A DNA stretch of 64,000 nucleotides from Arenicellales bacterium (GTDB taxonomy: Bacteria > Pseudomonadota > Gammaproteobacteria > Arenicellales > Poriferihabitantaceae), in NCBI GenBank assembly GCA_965200715.1, contig OZ241374.1, positions 1,365,718 through 1,429,717 on the forward strand, read 5' to 3'. The stretch's first letter is position 1. The number at the start of each line of letters is the position of its first letter. The notes beneath the pieces were generated by a model, which searched no databases, had not been told where the DNA came from, and saw nothing but the letters and a program-made list of their open reading frames with translations. Of the stretch, positions 38,508 to 49,487 are shown piece by piece. Position numbers and translations under genes: made by a program.

Positions 38508-40808
38508 TTAGATTCTGTTACCAATATCGTCTGGAATATCCTCAGGGATATCGTCAACAGAGACAATCACACCAACGTGGGAGTCCGATTGTTTTAATTT
38601 TTGTCGGGTATTTCTGCTTCTGTTTGATTGAGGTTTACGGTTTGTATTCTGTTTTGTAGAAGATTTTGCTTCAGAGGGTTTTGATGTTTGATTGGTATTT
38701 CCCTGTGTCGAACCTTCCTGATTCGTCTTTTTTGTATCCGCAGGTAATTTTTTTGAGCGTTGGTTTTTTGCTTGTGTAGCTTCTTTTTGTGAGTTGATCT
38801 TTTGTTCTTGTTTGACTCTGCCTTGTGCGCTTTGGCTTTTCACCTTTTCTTGCGAGACTGTGTTCGGTCGGGTGCTTGAACCATCTCGCCTGGTGCTGCC
38901 TGTTTGTTTGCTATTTGGTGGCTTACTACCTGTTTGTTTCTGTGTTTTTTTGCTAGATTTTAGTTTTTGTCCGCTAGAAGCCGGTTTACGTCTTTGTTGA
39001 TCGGTCTGTTTGCGTGTTCCTTTTCCTTGCCTCTTACCTTTCGTAACTGTCTTTCCTTCGTTCCTAGGTGTTCTATTTTGTTCTGTTTCACTCGATTTAA
39101 ATGAAGAGACCAATCCTGAGATAAGTTTGATTAAGCCGGATTTCTGCGATTCTTTAACTTGATTCTTGGGTTTAGGAGACGAGATTAAATCCATGTGTTC
39201 GGAACCAATCACTGCTCTTTCAGAGTCCTTATGTTCCAACATCCGTTTGACTTTACTATTGCTAATCCTTGAATCATGGGGAATTTCAAAACTCATCATC
39301 TCCTTATCTGTATTGGTTCCCTTATAGTCAATGGCCTTTACGCTAATCTCGCAGTCAACGATATTATCTTCCGGAATGATCACGATCCTGCATCCGAATT
39401 TAATCCGAAGTCGATCAAGTTCGGGATTCATTTCATTGACCAGATAAATTGCGGTATCGGTTGGTACCCTACACTGTACCTCTGCAACCATGGGCTTGTA
39501 AGCACTCTCTTCGATTTTTCGCAACACTTGAATTGTAGAAGCCTCCACTGTTGGAATGAGTCCAGTGCCATGACATTTATCGCAAAGATGATGATTCGTA
39601 TCAACAAGCGAGGTGCGTAAACGTTGTCGAGACATTTCAAGTAGGCCAAATTCGGATATCTCGCCGACCAAGGTTTTTGCTCGATCAACGCGTAATTTAT
39701 TCTTCAGTTCTTTAACGACCATATTCCGATTGGATTTGTCACTCATGTCGATCAAATCAGCAACAATTAATCCACCATGATCTCTTAGTCTCAACTGGTT
39801 AGCAAGCATTTCAACTGCTTCGAGGTTAGTTTGCAATGCGGTTTCTTCCATATAAGTGCCTTTCGTCGCTTTACCCGAATTGACGTCAACGGACAACAGC
39901 GCTTCGGTAGAGTCAAAAATCAAATAACCGCCAGAGGGCAAATCGATTTTGCGGCTAAAAACATCATTTACCTGATCCTGAATCTTATATTTTATAAACA
40001 GCGGTACTTTGCCTCGGTGTAGCTTTAGTTTGACTTCTTTGTCCGGCATAACCTGCTTGATATATCGCTCTGTACGTTCATAAATCTCTTCATCATCAAC
40101 AATCAGTTCCTCAACATCTTTACCCAAATGATCACGAAGTGTTTGGGTAATCAGGTCATCCTGCTTATAAATTAGAAAAGGTCCCTTGGTACTGTTTGCT
40201 GCTTGTTCAATTAGATCCCACAATCGAGTCAAAAAGTCCAAATCCCACTGCAATTCTTGAATGGTCTTTCCGGCACTTTCGGTTCGGGCAATCAGAGCAT
40301 GTTTCGGGTCCAAATCAAGTTGTTTTAGGTTTTCCCTGATATCAGCACGCCTTGCAGCTTCGATAGTTCTGGATATTCCACCGCTTTTCTGGTTATTCGG
40401 TTTCAACACGAAATAGTTTCCAGGTAAAGAAATAATGGTAGTTAGAGTTGCTCCTTTCTGAATTGAACCTTCCCCCCGTTCATCTTTATCGACCTGTACA
40501 ATTACTTCCATACCCTCCTGTAAACTTGGTATTGGTTTTGCATTGCCCGAATTCTGCTCATCCTTAGAAGAATTGTAAAACTCCTCGGAAATTTGCTTGA
40601 ATGGCAAAAATCCCTGTTTGCCCCGGGAGTAACTAACAAAACAAGCTTCAAGACTATGCTCGATTTTGGTAATGACTCCCTTGTAGATATTACCTACTTT
40701 GGTTATAGCCTCAGAAGGTCCAATATAGAGGTTAAACAGAGTCTTTCCATTGATTATTGCTACTCTGAGTTCTTCAGCATAGGTGCCGTTTATGAGTATT
40801 CTTTTCAT
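38508..40808 (-). CDS. rne: Ribonuclease E
   Basis: 766 aa. MKRILINGTYAEELRVAIING, S1 domain, zinc-link CDKCHGTG. Long K/Q/S/T-rich low-complexity C-terminal scaffold. Confidence 0.92.
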   Translation of the reverse strand: MKRILINGTYAEELRVAIINGKTLFNLYIGPSEAITKVGNIYKGVITKIEHSLEACFVSYSRGKQGFLPFKQISEEFYNSSKDEQNSGNAKPIPSLQEGMEVIVQVDKDERGEGSIQKGATLTTIISLPGNYFVLKPNNQKSGGISRTIEAARRADIRENLKQLDLDPKHALIARTESAGKTIQELQWDLDFLTRLWDLIEQAANSTKGPFLIYKQDDLITQTLRDHLGKDVEELIVDDEEIYERTERYIKQVMPDKEVKLKLHRGKVPLFIKYKIQDQVNDVFSRKIDLPSGGYLIFDSTEALLSVDVNSGKATKGTYMEETALQTNLEAVEMLANQLRLRDHGGLIVADLIDMSDKSNRNMVVKELKNKLRVDRAKTLVGEISEFGLLEMSRQRLRTSLVDTNHHLCDKCHGTGLIPTVEASTIQVLRKIEESAYKPMVAEVQCRVPTDTAIYLVNEMNPELDRLRIKFGCRIVIIPEDNIVDCEISVKAIDYKGTNTDKEMMSFEIPHDSRISNSKVKRMLEHKDSERAVIGSEHMDLISSPKPKNQVKESQKSGLIKLISGLVSSFKSSETEQNRTPRNEGKTVTKGKRQGKGTRKQTDQQRRKPASSGQKLKSSKKTQKQTGSKPPNSKQTGSTRRDGSSTRPNTVSQEKVKSQSAQGRVKQEQKINSQKEATQAKNQRSKKLPADTKKTNQEGSTQGNTNQTSKPSEAKSSTKQNTNRKPQSNRSRNTRQKLKQSDSHVGVIVSVDDIPEDIPDDIGNRI

Positions 40809-41533
40809 TCTTTCGTCCTCAATCCAATATGTTGATCACGGATTGAAGAGGTGAACGACTTCGCTAAGACGATCGCGCATGGGCGACTAGCGCTGATTGA
40901 TTTTAATTGACAATCAGCATATGCCAAAACCGATTTGGTTTCAGCATTAGTATCAGGAGGGTGTCATCAATAAAGTATGTATAACCATTTCATTGTTATC
41001 ATTTTGATAACATGATGAATTCATATATGGCTCGCTAGCCAGAAAAAACTTTTCTGATGTATTATATTTCCAAATATATAACTTATGTTCAGTATATTAT
41101 GTGTGTAGGTTTGATGCGATTACTGTTTGGATTTGCTTACACTTTTAATTGGTGATGGGCAAATCATAGTGTTACAGAACATGTTTATTTCTAGTATTGA
41201 TGGACTCCATATAAAACTTCATTGGAAGTTTAGTCCTGATTGGTTTACTGCGGCTTTGCCGTCTTAGATAATCGAACCTCTTTCGGTTCGTGAATCAAAA
41301 AATCTTATTTCGTTGGTATTCCAGTTTTGAATCGAATCATGAATGCTGTTCATGAAGCTGATTTTGAATTATGTACTCTGAAATCCAAATATTTGATGCT
41401 AAGTATACCAATGAGTTAGAAAAGAATCAACCGCTAATGACTGAAAATTGCAAAGGATTGGTTTTTTTCATCAACTTGGTATCATAATTATTGAAATTCA
41501 TGTAGCCAGGCTTTACACTCCGAATCTTTACAA

Positions 41534-41610
41534 AGGCGCGTAGCTCAGTTGGTTAGAGCACCACCTTGACATGGTGGGGGTCGGTGGTTCGAATCCACTC
41601 GTGCCTACCA
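41534..41610 (+). tRNA. tRNA-Val (anticodon GAC)
   Basis: Hand-folded cloverleaf: acceptor AGGCGCG/CGTGCCT, D-arm GCTC..GAGC, anticodon stem CCACC/GGTGG with loop TTGACAT, T-loop TTCGAAT, encoded CCA. Confidence 0.9.
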
Positions 41611-41758
41611 TTTCACAGAAACGAAAATAGATATTCTACAGTACGTAGAATTACTAAAAATGGCTTCAAAGCCAAATCGAATATATTCTCTTACAGACTT
41701 TAATCATATATCAAGCGCTCTCCCGTATGGGGCGCCACTGTACTAAGGACTCAAAACA

Positions 41759-43654
41759 ATGCCTCAAATTACACTCCCTGATGGATCTAACCTCCATTAT
41801 GACCATCCTGTTACAATCGCTGATGTAGCATTCGATATTGGTCCCGGACTCGGCAAGGTAGCAATTGCCGGAAAGCTGGGGAATAAATTGGTTGATGTTA
41901 AAACCCAACTCATCGATGACTGCAAGTTGCAAATATTGACTGCCAAGGACGAAGAGGGGCTGGAGATAATCCGTCACTCTACCGCTCACCTGATGGCGCA
42001 TGCGATCAAGCAACTTTATCCATCTGCTCAAGTTACTATAGGACCGGTTATTACCGATGGTTTCTATTATGATTTTTACTATCCAGATGGATTTACTGAA
42101 TCGGATCTGGAACAAATTGAATCACGGATGTCGGATATAGCTCGACAGGAGCTTGAGGTTGACCGGTATGTTATGGGTCGTTCCGAAGCCATTGATTATT
42201 TTCAGAACATTGAAGAGGAATATAAAGCTGAAATAATCCGCTCAATTCCAGATCAAGAAAAACTTTCCTTTTATAAGCAGGGAGACTTCACTGACCTATG
42301 TCGTGGTCCACATGTGCCCAATACTCGTCATTTGAAAGCATTCAAACTAACGAAGATCTCCGGTGCATACTGGCGCGGTGATCCGTCAAATGAGATGTTA
42401 CAGAGAGTATATGGGACTGCTTGGGCGGATAAAAAACAATTGAAAAATTATCTTCGGCAAATTGCAGAAGCAGAAAAGCGAGATCATAGGCGTATCGGTC
42501 GTAAACTTGATTTGTTTCATTTCCAGGAGGAAGCACCGGGCATGGTATTCTGGCATCCAAGAGGTTGGACGCTTTATCAGACCTTACAGCAATATATGCG
42601 CGATGAACAGAAAAAGCGGGGTTATTTCGAGCTCAATACTCCAGAAGTTCTCGATTTCTCGTTGTGGGAGAAATCGGGACATGCCGATAAGTTTGCAAGC
42701 GATATGTTTTCGGTTGAATCCGAAGGGCGTGCATTTGCCTTGAAACCCATGAGTTGTCCGGGACATGTTCAAATTTACAACCAGGGACTCAAAAGCTATC
42801 GTGAATTACCACTTCGATATTGTGAATTCGGTTCATGCCATCGCAATGAGCTTTCTGGAGCGTTACATGGATTAATGCGGGTTAGGGCGTTCGTCCAAGA
42901 TGACGGTCATATTTTTTGCACTGAGAATCAAATCCAAAGTGAAGTTTCTGATTTCATAGATTTCTTGCACCATGTTTATGGCAAGTTTGGATTCACAGAA
43001 ACTCTTTATCGACTCTCAACTCGACCGATAAATCGAGTAGGGAGCGATGAAGTTTGGGATACTGCCGAAAAAGCCCTTGCTGATGCATTAGATAGTAAGC
43101 AGCTCTTGTGGGAAGAAAGCCCCGGTGAAGGTGCATTTTATGGCCCAAAGATTGAGTTTTCATTGCGTGACAGTATTGGCAGGGTTTGGCAATGTGGTAC
43201 CATGCAGGTTGATTTTTCCATGCCGGAAAGACTCGGGGCCTCCTATATCGATGAACAGGGCGAGAAACGCACACCAGTTCTATTGCATCGAGCAGTACTT
43301 GGTACATTTGAACGGTTTATTGGAATCCTGATAGAGCATTGGGAAGGCAAATTTCCAGTATGGTTTGCTCCGGTGCAAGCAGTGGTCATGAACATAACGG
43401 ATCGTCAGCGTGATTATGCCCAGTCTCTGGTACATCAATTGGAAAAACAGAAGTTCAGAGCGATCGCTGACTTGAGAAATGAAAAAATTGGATATAAAAT
43501 TCGCGAGCATACACTCCAGCGGGTGCCGTATCTGCTGGTAGTTGGTGATCAGGAGCTCGATAACGATATGCTTTCTGTACGATCTCTGGGTGGCAACGAC
43601 CTTGGTACGATGTCTATGGATCAGTTCGTCTCGGATTACCTAGTCGAATCCTGA
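41759..43654 (+). CDS. thrS: Threonyl-tRNA synthetase
   Basis: 631 aa. [13 protein letters not shown] domain, [10 protein letters not shown], class II motifs. Confidence 0.95.
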   Translation: MPQITLPDGSNLHYDHPVTIADVAFDIGPGLGKVAIAGKLGNKLVDVKTQLIDDCKLQILTAKDEEGLEIIRHSTAHLMAHAIKQLYPSAQVTIGPVITDGFYYDFYYPDGFTESDLEQIESRMSDIARQELEVDRYVMGRSEAIDYFQNIEEEYKAEIIRSIPDQEKLSFYKQGDFTDLCRGPHVPNTRHLKAFKLTKISGAYWRGDPSNEMLQRVYGTAWADKKQLKNYLRQIAEAEKRDHRRIGRKLDLFHFQEEAPGMVFWHPRGWTLYQTLQQYMRDEQKKRGYFELNTPEVLDFSLWEKSGHADKFASDMFSVESEGRAFALKPMSCPGHVQIYNQGLKSYRELPLRYCEFGSCHRNELSGALHGLMRVRAFVQDDGHIFCTENQIQSEVSDFIDFLHHVYGKFGFTETLYRLSTRPINRVGSDEVWDTAEKALADALDSKQLLWEESPGEGAFYGPKIEFSLRDSIGRVWQCGTMQVDFSMPERLGASYIDEQGEKRTPVLLHRAVLGTFERFIGILIEHWEGKFPVWFAPVQAVVMNITDRQRDYAQSLVHQLEKQKFRAIADLRNEKIGYKIREHTLQRVPYLLVVGDQELDNDMLSVRSLGGNDLGTMSMDQFVSDYLVES

Positions 43655-43751
43655 TGAAGCGAAAAAATGGTGCAATAGGTAGAAAATACTATTGCCTTGA
43701 TGTGAATTATATATAATTCACAAACATATAAAATTTACGAGGAACACCGAA

Positions 43752-44276
43752 ATAGCAAAACAAAAACAGTTAAGGGTAAACGATCAAATTACCCACGACC
43801 CCATTCGCCTCATTCAATTTGATGGACAACAGCTTGGAATTGTTCCGTTGTCAGAGGCTTTTGAAGCCGCCGATAAAGTCGGCGTTGATCTTGTCGAAAT
43901 CTCACCCAATGCTGATCCTCCTGTATGTCGCCTGATGGACTATGGGAAATATCTTTATAATGAGAGCAAACGCCGACAAGACGCTAAGAAGAAACAAAAG
44001 CAGATGACCGTCAAGGAAATCAAATTCAGACCGGGAACTGATGTTGGTGATTATGATGTCAAGGTTCGAAAATTGACTGAATTTTTGAATTCTGGGAACA
44101 AAACCAAAGTAACGATGCGGTTTAGGGGTAGGGAAATGGCTCACAAGGAACTTGGAATCGAAATGCTTGATCGAGTGAGGGATGACCTTGAGCCAATTTC
44201 TGATGTCGAACAACATGCCCAGATGGAAGGTAGACAGATGGTAATGATATTGACACCGAAACGACAGACAAGCTAA
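43752..44276 (+). CDS. infC: Translation initiation factor IF-3, non-canonical (ATA) start
   Basis: The track ORF starts at a TTG at 43848, but the conserved N-domain ([26 protein letters not shown]) lies upstream in-frame. That frame has no ATG/GTG/TTG after the in-frame TGA. ATA at 43752 is 8 nt after GAGGA. Confidence 0.8.
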   Translation: MAKQKQLRVNDQITHDPIRLIQFDGQQLGIVPLSEAFEAADKVGVDLVEISPNADPPVCRLMDYGKYLYNESKRRQDAKKKQKQMTVKEIKFRPGTDVGDYDVKVRKLTEFLNSGNKTKVTMRFRGREMAHKELGIEMLDRVRDDLEPISDVEQHAQMEGRQMVMILTPKRQTS

Positions 44277-44398
44277 GCAAAGGAGTTGGGGGTTGAATAT
44301 ACCTCTGATGGTAACAACAGTGAGAAGCAGTCAATTCCAGAACTGCAATCGCATGATTCAAAAAACGATATAACCGATAGAAATTCTGGAGAAAATCA

Positions 44399-44596
44399 AT
44401 GCCAAAGATGAAGACCAACCGTGGTGCGGCGAAACGCTTTAAGCGAACGGCATCCGGTAAATTTAAGCGATCTCAGTCGCATCACAACCATATTCTGACC
44501 AAGAAATCCACGAAACGAAAAAGACAGTTGCGTTCGGGTCTACTGGTCCATCCTGCAGACCACAATTCTGTGCGTCGACTACTTCCCAATCACTAA
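44399..44596 (+). CDS. rpmI: 50S ribosomal protein L35
   Basis: [24 protein letters not shown]. Confidence 0.95.
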   Translation: MPKMKTNRGAAKRFKRTASGKFKRSQSHHNHILTKKSTKRKRQLRSGLLVHPADHNSVRRLLPNH

Positions 44597-44608
44597 GGAG
44601 TTCTTCTT

Positions 44609-44974
44609 ATGCCTAGAGTAAAACGAAGTGTCGCTGCTCGATCACGACACAAAAAGGTTCTTAATCAAGCAAAGGGATACCGAGGTGCTCGTAGTAAAAC
44701 GTTCAAAGTTGCCAAGCAGGCCGTTGATCGAGCGGGACAGTATGCCTACCGTGATCGTCGTCAGCGAAAACGTCAAATGCGCTCCTTGTGGGTAGTACGA
44801 ATCAATGCAGCCGCCCGAGAACACGATATTAGTTATAGTCGGTTCATATCTGGTTTGAAGCTTGCTGAAGTCGAGTTGGATCGGAAAGTATTATCAGATA
44901 TTGCCGTTCACGATAAACCAGCTTTTAAACTGCTAACCGATCAAGCCAAACAGGCTTTGGCTCAGGCACAATAG
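44609..44974 (+). CDS. rplT: 50S ribosomal protein L20
   Basis: [29 protein letters not shown]. Confidence 0.95.
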   Translation: MPRVKRSVAARSRHKKVLNQAKGYRGARSKTFKVAKQAVDRAGQYAYRDRRQRKRQMRSLWVVRINAAAREHDISYSRFISGLKLAEVELDRKVLSDIAVHDKPAFKLLTDQAKQALAQAQ

Positions 44975-45092
44975 TTTCGGCCCTAATCGTTCTTTGTGCA
45001 TTGGCTAAATTAAGATTATGTTCGTGATTGATGATCGAGCATCAACTTTATCCAGCAATTTTGACTGTTTGCTTCCAGTTTCGTGATCTTCA

Positions 45093-46115
45093 ATGTCTGT
45101 TGAAAATTCAATACAAGCGATTGAGAATTCCGCTACTGAATTAATCGGGCGAACCAATTCGTTAGTTGACCTAGAAGCGGTCAAGATCCAGTACTTGGGA
45201 AAAAACGGAATTGTTACCCAGCAGTTAAAACGTATCAGTTCTTTGCCTGCCGAAGAACGAAAAGGTTTTGGTCAGGCTGTAAACCACACCAAGATTCAGA
45301 TTTCCGAACGGATACGTGAGAGACATGAATGTCTGGAGAAAATATCCTTAAATCAGCAATTTTCCGATCAATCCATCGATGTTACATTACCAGGACGTGT
45401 CAAAACACTTGGAACTATACATCCAATCTCAAGGACATTGAGACGTATGGAGCAGATCTTTGATCGTCTGGGGTTTCATGCGGTTGAAGGTCCCGAAATT
45501 GAGAATGACTATTACAATTTTGAAGCGCTCAATATCTCGGCCAATCATCCCGCCCGAGCGATGCATGATACATTTTATATTGACGATCATGTTTTGTTAC
45601 GGACGCACACCTCTCCTGTTCAAGTGCGTTTCATGCAGGCGCATAAACCACCAATCCGAATTATTGCTCCGGGCAAAGTGTTCCGTTGTGACTCAGATGT
45701 TACTCATACCCCGATGTTTCATCAACTCGAAGGCTTGTCGGTTGATTTGGATGTTACCTTTGCTGACTTGAAGGGAGTGATTATTCATTTTATTCATGAA
45801 TTTTTTGAGGCTGAACCAAAGGTACGTTTTCGCTCTTCTTACTTTCCATTTACAGAACCATCGGCAGAAGTTGATATGGGCTGTGTATTTTGTGGCGGCA
45901 AAGGTTGTCGAATATGCAAACATACGGGTTGGATTGAAGTTCTTGGATGTGGAATGGTGCATCCTGAGGTGCTGAAGCATGGCAAAATCGATCCGAGTCA
46001 ATATTCAGGTTATGCATTTGGACTGGGCATTGAAAGATTTACCATGTTGAGATATGGAGTAAGTGATCTTCGCTATTTTTTTAATAGTGAATTATCTTTT
46101 TTGCGTCAGTTTTAG
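45093..46115 (+). CDS. pheS: Phenylalanyl-tRNA synthetase alpha subunit
   Basis: 340 aa. HPARAMHDTFY, FRCDSDVTHTPMFHQLEG, GFAFGLGIERF-type C-terminus. Confidence 0.95.
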   Translation: MSVENSIQAIENSATELIGRTNSLVDLEAVKIQYLGKNGIVTQQLKRISSLPAEERKGFGQAVNHTKIQISERIRERHECLEKISLNQQFSDQSIDVTLPGRVKTLGTIHPISRTLRRMEQIFDRLGFHAVEGPEIENDYYNFEALNISANHPARAMHDTFYIDDHVLLRTHTSPVQVRFMQAHKPPIRIIAPGKVFRCDSDVTHTPMFHQLEGLSVDLDVTFADLKGVIIHFIHEFFEAEPKVRFRSSYFPFTEPSAEVDMGCVFCGGKGCRICKHTGWIEVLGCGMVHPEVLKHGKIDPSQYSGYAFGLGIERFTMLRYGVSDLRYFFNSELSFLRQF

Positions 46116-46126
46116 AGTGAAACATC

Positions 46127-48517
46127 ATGCATGCTAGTATTTCATGGCTAAAACAATGGGTTGATCCCGGCGATATTGAGAAATTGACTGAGCAACTGAC
46201 TCTTGCTGGTCTTGAAGTAACTCGAGTTGAATCGGCAGGTGGGTTATCCGATCAGATCAACGTAGTTGTCGGGCAAATTGTCTCTTGCGTTCAACATCCT
46301 GATGCAGACCGCCTTCAGATTTGTGAGGTTGATATTGGACAAAAAGCGAATTTATCCATTATTTGCGGTGCTCCTAATGCACGAAACGGACTGCTCACAG
46401 CCTGTGCAAAAGTCGGGGCAACTCTTCCGAACATGCATGTAGAATCAACTTCGATCCGTGGTATTGAATCCCAGGGGATGCTCTGCTCGGCTATGGAATT
46501 GGGATTAGATACTTCCAGTGAGGGTATCATTGAATTTGATCATGTCGCACCGGTTGGTCAAAGTGTTTTCGAGTACTTGAAATTATCGGATTCGATTATT
46601 GAATTTGAATTGACGCCAAATCGTGGTGACTGTCTGAGTATTCTCGGGATAGCGCGAGAAATTGCCGGAATTCAAAATACTTCCATTCAACAACCTGAGA
46701 TCCAACCGGTTGTTGCAGACATCGTAGATGTTTTATCTGTCGATCTCATGGCAGTCCAAGAATGTCCAAGATATGTAGGACGTGTCTTGTGTGGTGTCGA
46801 TTATTCTCAAAAAACTCCTGACTGGATGGTTGAACGACTGAGAAGATCTGGCCTGCGTAACATCAATCTGATTGTCGATATTACAAATTATGTTATGCTT
46901 GAGATTGGACAGCCAATGCATGCGTTCGACTTGAAACGAATTCGTGGAGGCATACAGGTACGTATGGCGAGTCAGGATGAGATTGTTGGTCTACTTGATG
47001 GAAATGAGGTCAAACTGGATCCCAGCTATTTGGTGATCGCGGATGATGAGCGTGCAATTGCACTTGCTGGCATCATGGGGGGTGCAGATACAGCAATAAC
47101 TGAGGAGTCCGACACCATTTTTCTTGAAGCTGCCTACTTTTCTGCGGATTCAATCCGTGGAAAAGCACGAAAATTAGGTATGCAGACCGATGCATCCTAT
47201 CGTTTCGAGCGAGGAGTTGATCCTGAAATTCAGGTAACAGCAATAGAAATGGCAACAAAACTAATTGTTGGTATTGCTGGGGGAAGTCCAGGACCACTGA
47301 TCGAAGCCATCAGTGAAGAGAATATACCGAAAAATAGTCCGATCTTGCTTGAACCGGATGATATTCAACGAGTTCTTGGTGACTCAATCGAACCCATTCG
47401 ATCGGAATCTATCCTCCTTAATCTTGGCTTCAAAGTAGAACAGCAAAAGGAAGGTTGGCTTGCGACTGCACCTAGTTGGCGATTTGATATACAAAGTTCC
47501 TATGACCTAGTCGAAGAGGTCGGTCGTTGTTTTGGCTACGATGCCATTGAACCGAGGGTTCGGTCATTCTTGTCGAACAAACTAGTGAAAAATGAAACTC
47601 GCGTTACTGTTCATGATATCAAACTCAGAATGATGGAACTCGGCTATCATGAAGCGGTAACCTACAGCTTTGTTGACCCAACAATACAGGATCTTTTGTT
47701 TTCTACTAATGGTTATTCAATCCCGCTCAAGAATCCAATTGCTGAGAATATGTCGGTAATGCGTAAAAGCCTATGGACCGGATTACTTGAAGCAGCCAGC
47801 AAAAACTTAAATCGACAGGAAAAACAAATACGTTTGTTTGAAGAGGGTGCCATCTTTGAGGTAAGTCAGCGTGATTGTGAGAGTCATCAGGAAAAACAAA
47901 TGCTGGCTGGAGTTGCTTGTGGAACGATAATGCCACGTCAATGGGCCTCCAAAGAATCTTTTATTGATTTTTTTGATGTGAAGGGTGATTTGAACAATCT
48001 ATTCTCATTGACTCGTGCTCCTTCATCGTTTCTTTTTGAGCCAAGCGATCTCTCGATTTTTCAACCGGGGCAGGGTGCCGATATCTTGCTCGATAATCAA
48101 ACAATTGGGAAAATCGGAAAGTTGCATCCAGCCCATGCGAAACAACTTGATATTGATTTAGATGTATTCATGTTTGAGTTGGAAATGAAATATTTATTGA
48201 ATTCAGCATTACCCCAATTTACCGATGTTTCTCGCTTTCCTCCGGTTCACCGTGATTTGGCTTTGGTGGTAGAGGAAGAAATTCCGGTGAAATTTCTTGA
48301 AGACGAAATCCACCATTCTGCTGGAAACCTTTTGAAGAACGTAATCTTGTTTGATGTATTTCGAGGAAAAAATCTAAGAAAAAATACAAAAAGTATGGCT
48401 TTTGGATTGACTTTTCAATCAAATTTCGGCAATCTTACGGCTCAGGAGATTGATAAATTAATCGAAAAAGTTCTTCAAGACCTCAAATCAAAAATGTTTG
48501 TAGATCTTCGAGAATGA
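46127..48517 (+). CDS. pheT: Phenylalanyl-tRNA synthetase beta subunit
   Basis: 796 aa. N-terminal tRNA-binding domain, B3/4, B5 and FDX-ACB layout. Confidence 0.95.
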   Translation: MHASISWLKQWVDPGDIEKLTEQLTLAGLEVTRVESAGGLSDQINVVVGQIVSCVQHPDADRLQICEVDIGQKANLSIICGAPNARNGLLTACAKVGATLPNMHVESTSIRGIESQGMLCSAMELGLDTSSEGIIEFDHVAPVGQSVFEYLKLSDSIIEFELTPNRGDCLSILGIAREIAGIQNTSIQQPEIQPVVADIVDVLSVDLMAVQECPRYVGRVLCGVDYSQKTPDWMVERLRRSGLRNINLIVDITNYVMLEIGQPMHAFDLKRIRGGIQVRMASQDEIVGLLDGNEVKLDPSYLVIADDERAIALAGIMGGADTAITEESDTIFLEAAYFSADSIRGKARKLGMQTDASYRFERGVDPEIQVTAIEMATKLIVGIAGGSPGPLIEAISEENIPKNSPILLEPDDIQRVLGDSIEPIRSESILLNLGFKVEQQKEGWLATAPSWRFDIQSSYDLVEEVGRCFGYDAIEPRVRSFLSNKLVKNETRVTVHDIKLRMMELGYHEAVTYSFVDPTIQDLLFSTNGYSIPLKNPIAENMSVMRKSLWTGLLEAASKNLNRQEKQIRLFEEGAIFEVSQRDCESHQEKQMLAGVACGTIMPRQWASKESFIDFFDVKGDLNNLFSLTRAPSSFLFEPSDLSIFQPGQGADILLDNQTIGKIGKLHPAHAKQLDIDLDVFMFELEMKYLLNSALPQFTDVSRFPPVHRDLALVVEEEIPVKFLEDEIHHSAGNLLKNVILFDVFRGKNLRKNTKSMAFGLTFQSNFGNLTAQEIDKLIEKVLQDLKSKMFVDLRE

Positions 48518-48596
48518 ATATTCAGAGATTGAAAATCCCTAGTCGAATTCGGTATCATTAACACTAATCACAATCAAACCTATAAGACATAGAAAA

Positions 48597-48914
48597 ATGA
48601 CAGTTACCAAAGCAGAGTTGACAGAAGCCTTATATGAAGAAGTAGGTTTCAATAGACGTGAAGCAAAAGATTTTGTTGAGTTATTTTTCGAAGATATACG
48701 TGTATCGCTAGAAAATGGTGTACCGGTAAAATTATCTGGATTTGGTACATTCAGTTTGCGGGACAAGAGACCGCGACCTGGACGTAATCCGAAAACAGGT
48801 GTTGAAATTCCGGTTTCTGCACGACGGGTGGTGACCTTCCGTGCTAGTCAGAAACTAAAGGGTAAGGTATTGAACAATACTACAGAATTGTCCAAGAAAT
48901 TGAACACAGGTTGA
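48597..48914 (+). CDS. ihfA: Integration host factor alpha subunit
   Basis: [32 protein letters not shown]...[25 protein letters not shown]. Confidence 0.92.
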   Translation: MTVTKAELTEALYEEVGFNRREAKDFVELFFEDIRVSLENGVPVKLSGFGTFSLRDKRPRPGRNPKTGVEIPVSARRVVTFRASQKLKGKVLNNTTELSKKLNTG

Positions 48915-48921
48915 TTTTCCC

Positions 48922-49308
48922 ATGTTAGACGCAAAAGGCTACGAGCTCCCACCAATTCCGCCGAAACGTTATTTTGCGATTGGAGAAGTAAGCAAGTTAT
49001 GTGAAGTAAAGCCCCATGTATTGCGTTACTGGGAGCAAGAATTTCCGCATCTGAAGCCGGTGAAACGCAGAGGAAATCGTCGTTACTACCAGTTTCATGA
49101 GGTCGAGTTAGTTCGTGAAATTCGCCGCCTTTTGCAAGTTGAAGGTTATACGATCCCTGGGGCTCGTACCCAACTGGATTCAATGAAGCAATTCGAGCCG
49201 AAATCAAAAAACAAAAAAAATCAGAAGACTGATAAACTGGAGATTGAGGGGGAATTTCTTTACTGGCTAACATCCGAATTAAGAGCAATCAGAAAGATTC
49301 TGGAATAA
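48922..49308 (+). CDS. MerR-family transcriptional regulator
   Basis: 128 aa. YFAIGEVSKLCEVKPHVLRYWEQEFPHLKPVKRRGNRRYY. Confidence 0.8.
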   Translation: MLDAKGYELPPIPPKRYFAIGEVSKLCEVKPHVLRYWEQEFPHLKPVKRRGNRRYYQFHEVELVREIRRLLQVEGYTIPGARTQLDSMKQFEPKSKNKKNQKTDKLEIEGEFLYWLTSELRAIRKILE

Positions 49309-49363
49309 GCGACGCGACTCCTTCGTGTGTCGTTGTTGCCTTTGTGAAGTCAACGTTTAATTT

Positions 49364-49440
49364 CGGGGTGTAGCGCAGCCTGGTAGCGCACCGCAATGGG
49401 GTTGCGGTGGTCGGAGGTTCAAATCCTCTCACCCCGACCA
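49364..49440 (+). tRNA. tRNA-Pro (anticodon GGG)
   Basis: Hand-folded: acceptor CGGGGTG/CACCCCG, anticodon stem CCGCA/TGCGG with loop ATGGGGT (G37), T-loop TTCAAAT, encoded CCA. Confidence 0.9.
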
Positions 49441-49487
49441 ATGTTCCAACACCGACAATTCCGAAAGCATTAAAAGTTTAGCTACCT

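Noticed and set aside
40809-41533. rne 5' UTR regulatory structure and several 25-32-codon ORFs in the 725-bp AT-rich gap
   Set aside because: A long structured rne leader is expected from E. coli, but I could not identify conserved hairpins by eye. The small ORFs lack an RBS and any recognisable features.
41711-42115. 134-aa minus-strand ORF
   Set aside because: Antisense to the conserved thrS N-terminus.
44975-45092. pheST attenuator leader peptide (pheM-like)
   Set aside because: The only small ORF (MFVIDDRASTLSSNFDCLLPVS) is not Phe-rich, and no terminator/antiterminator pair is evident.
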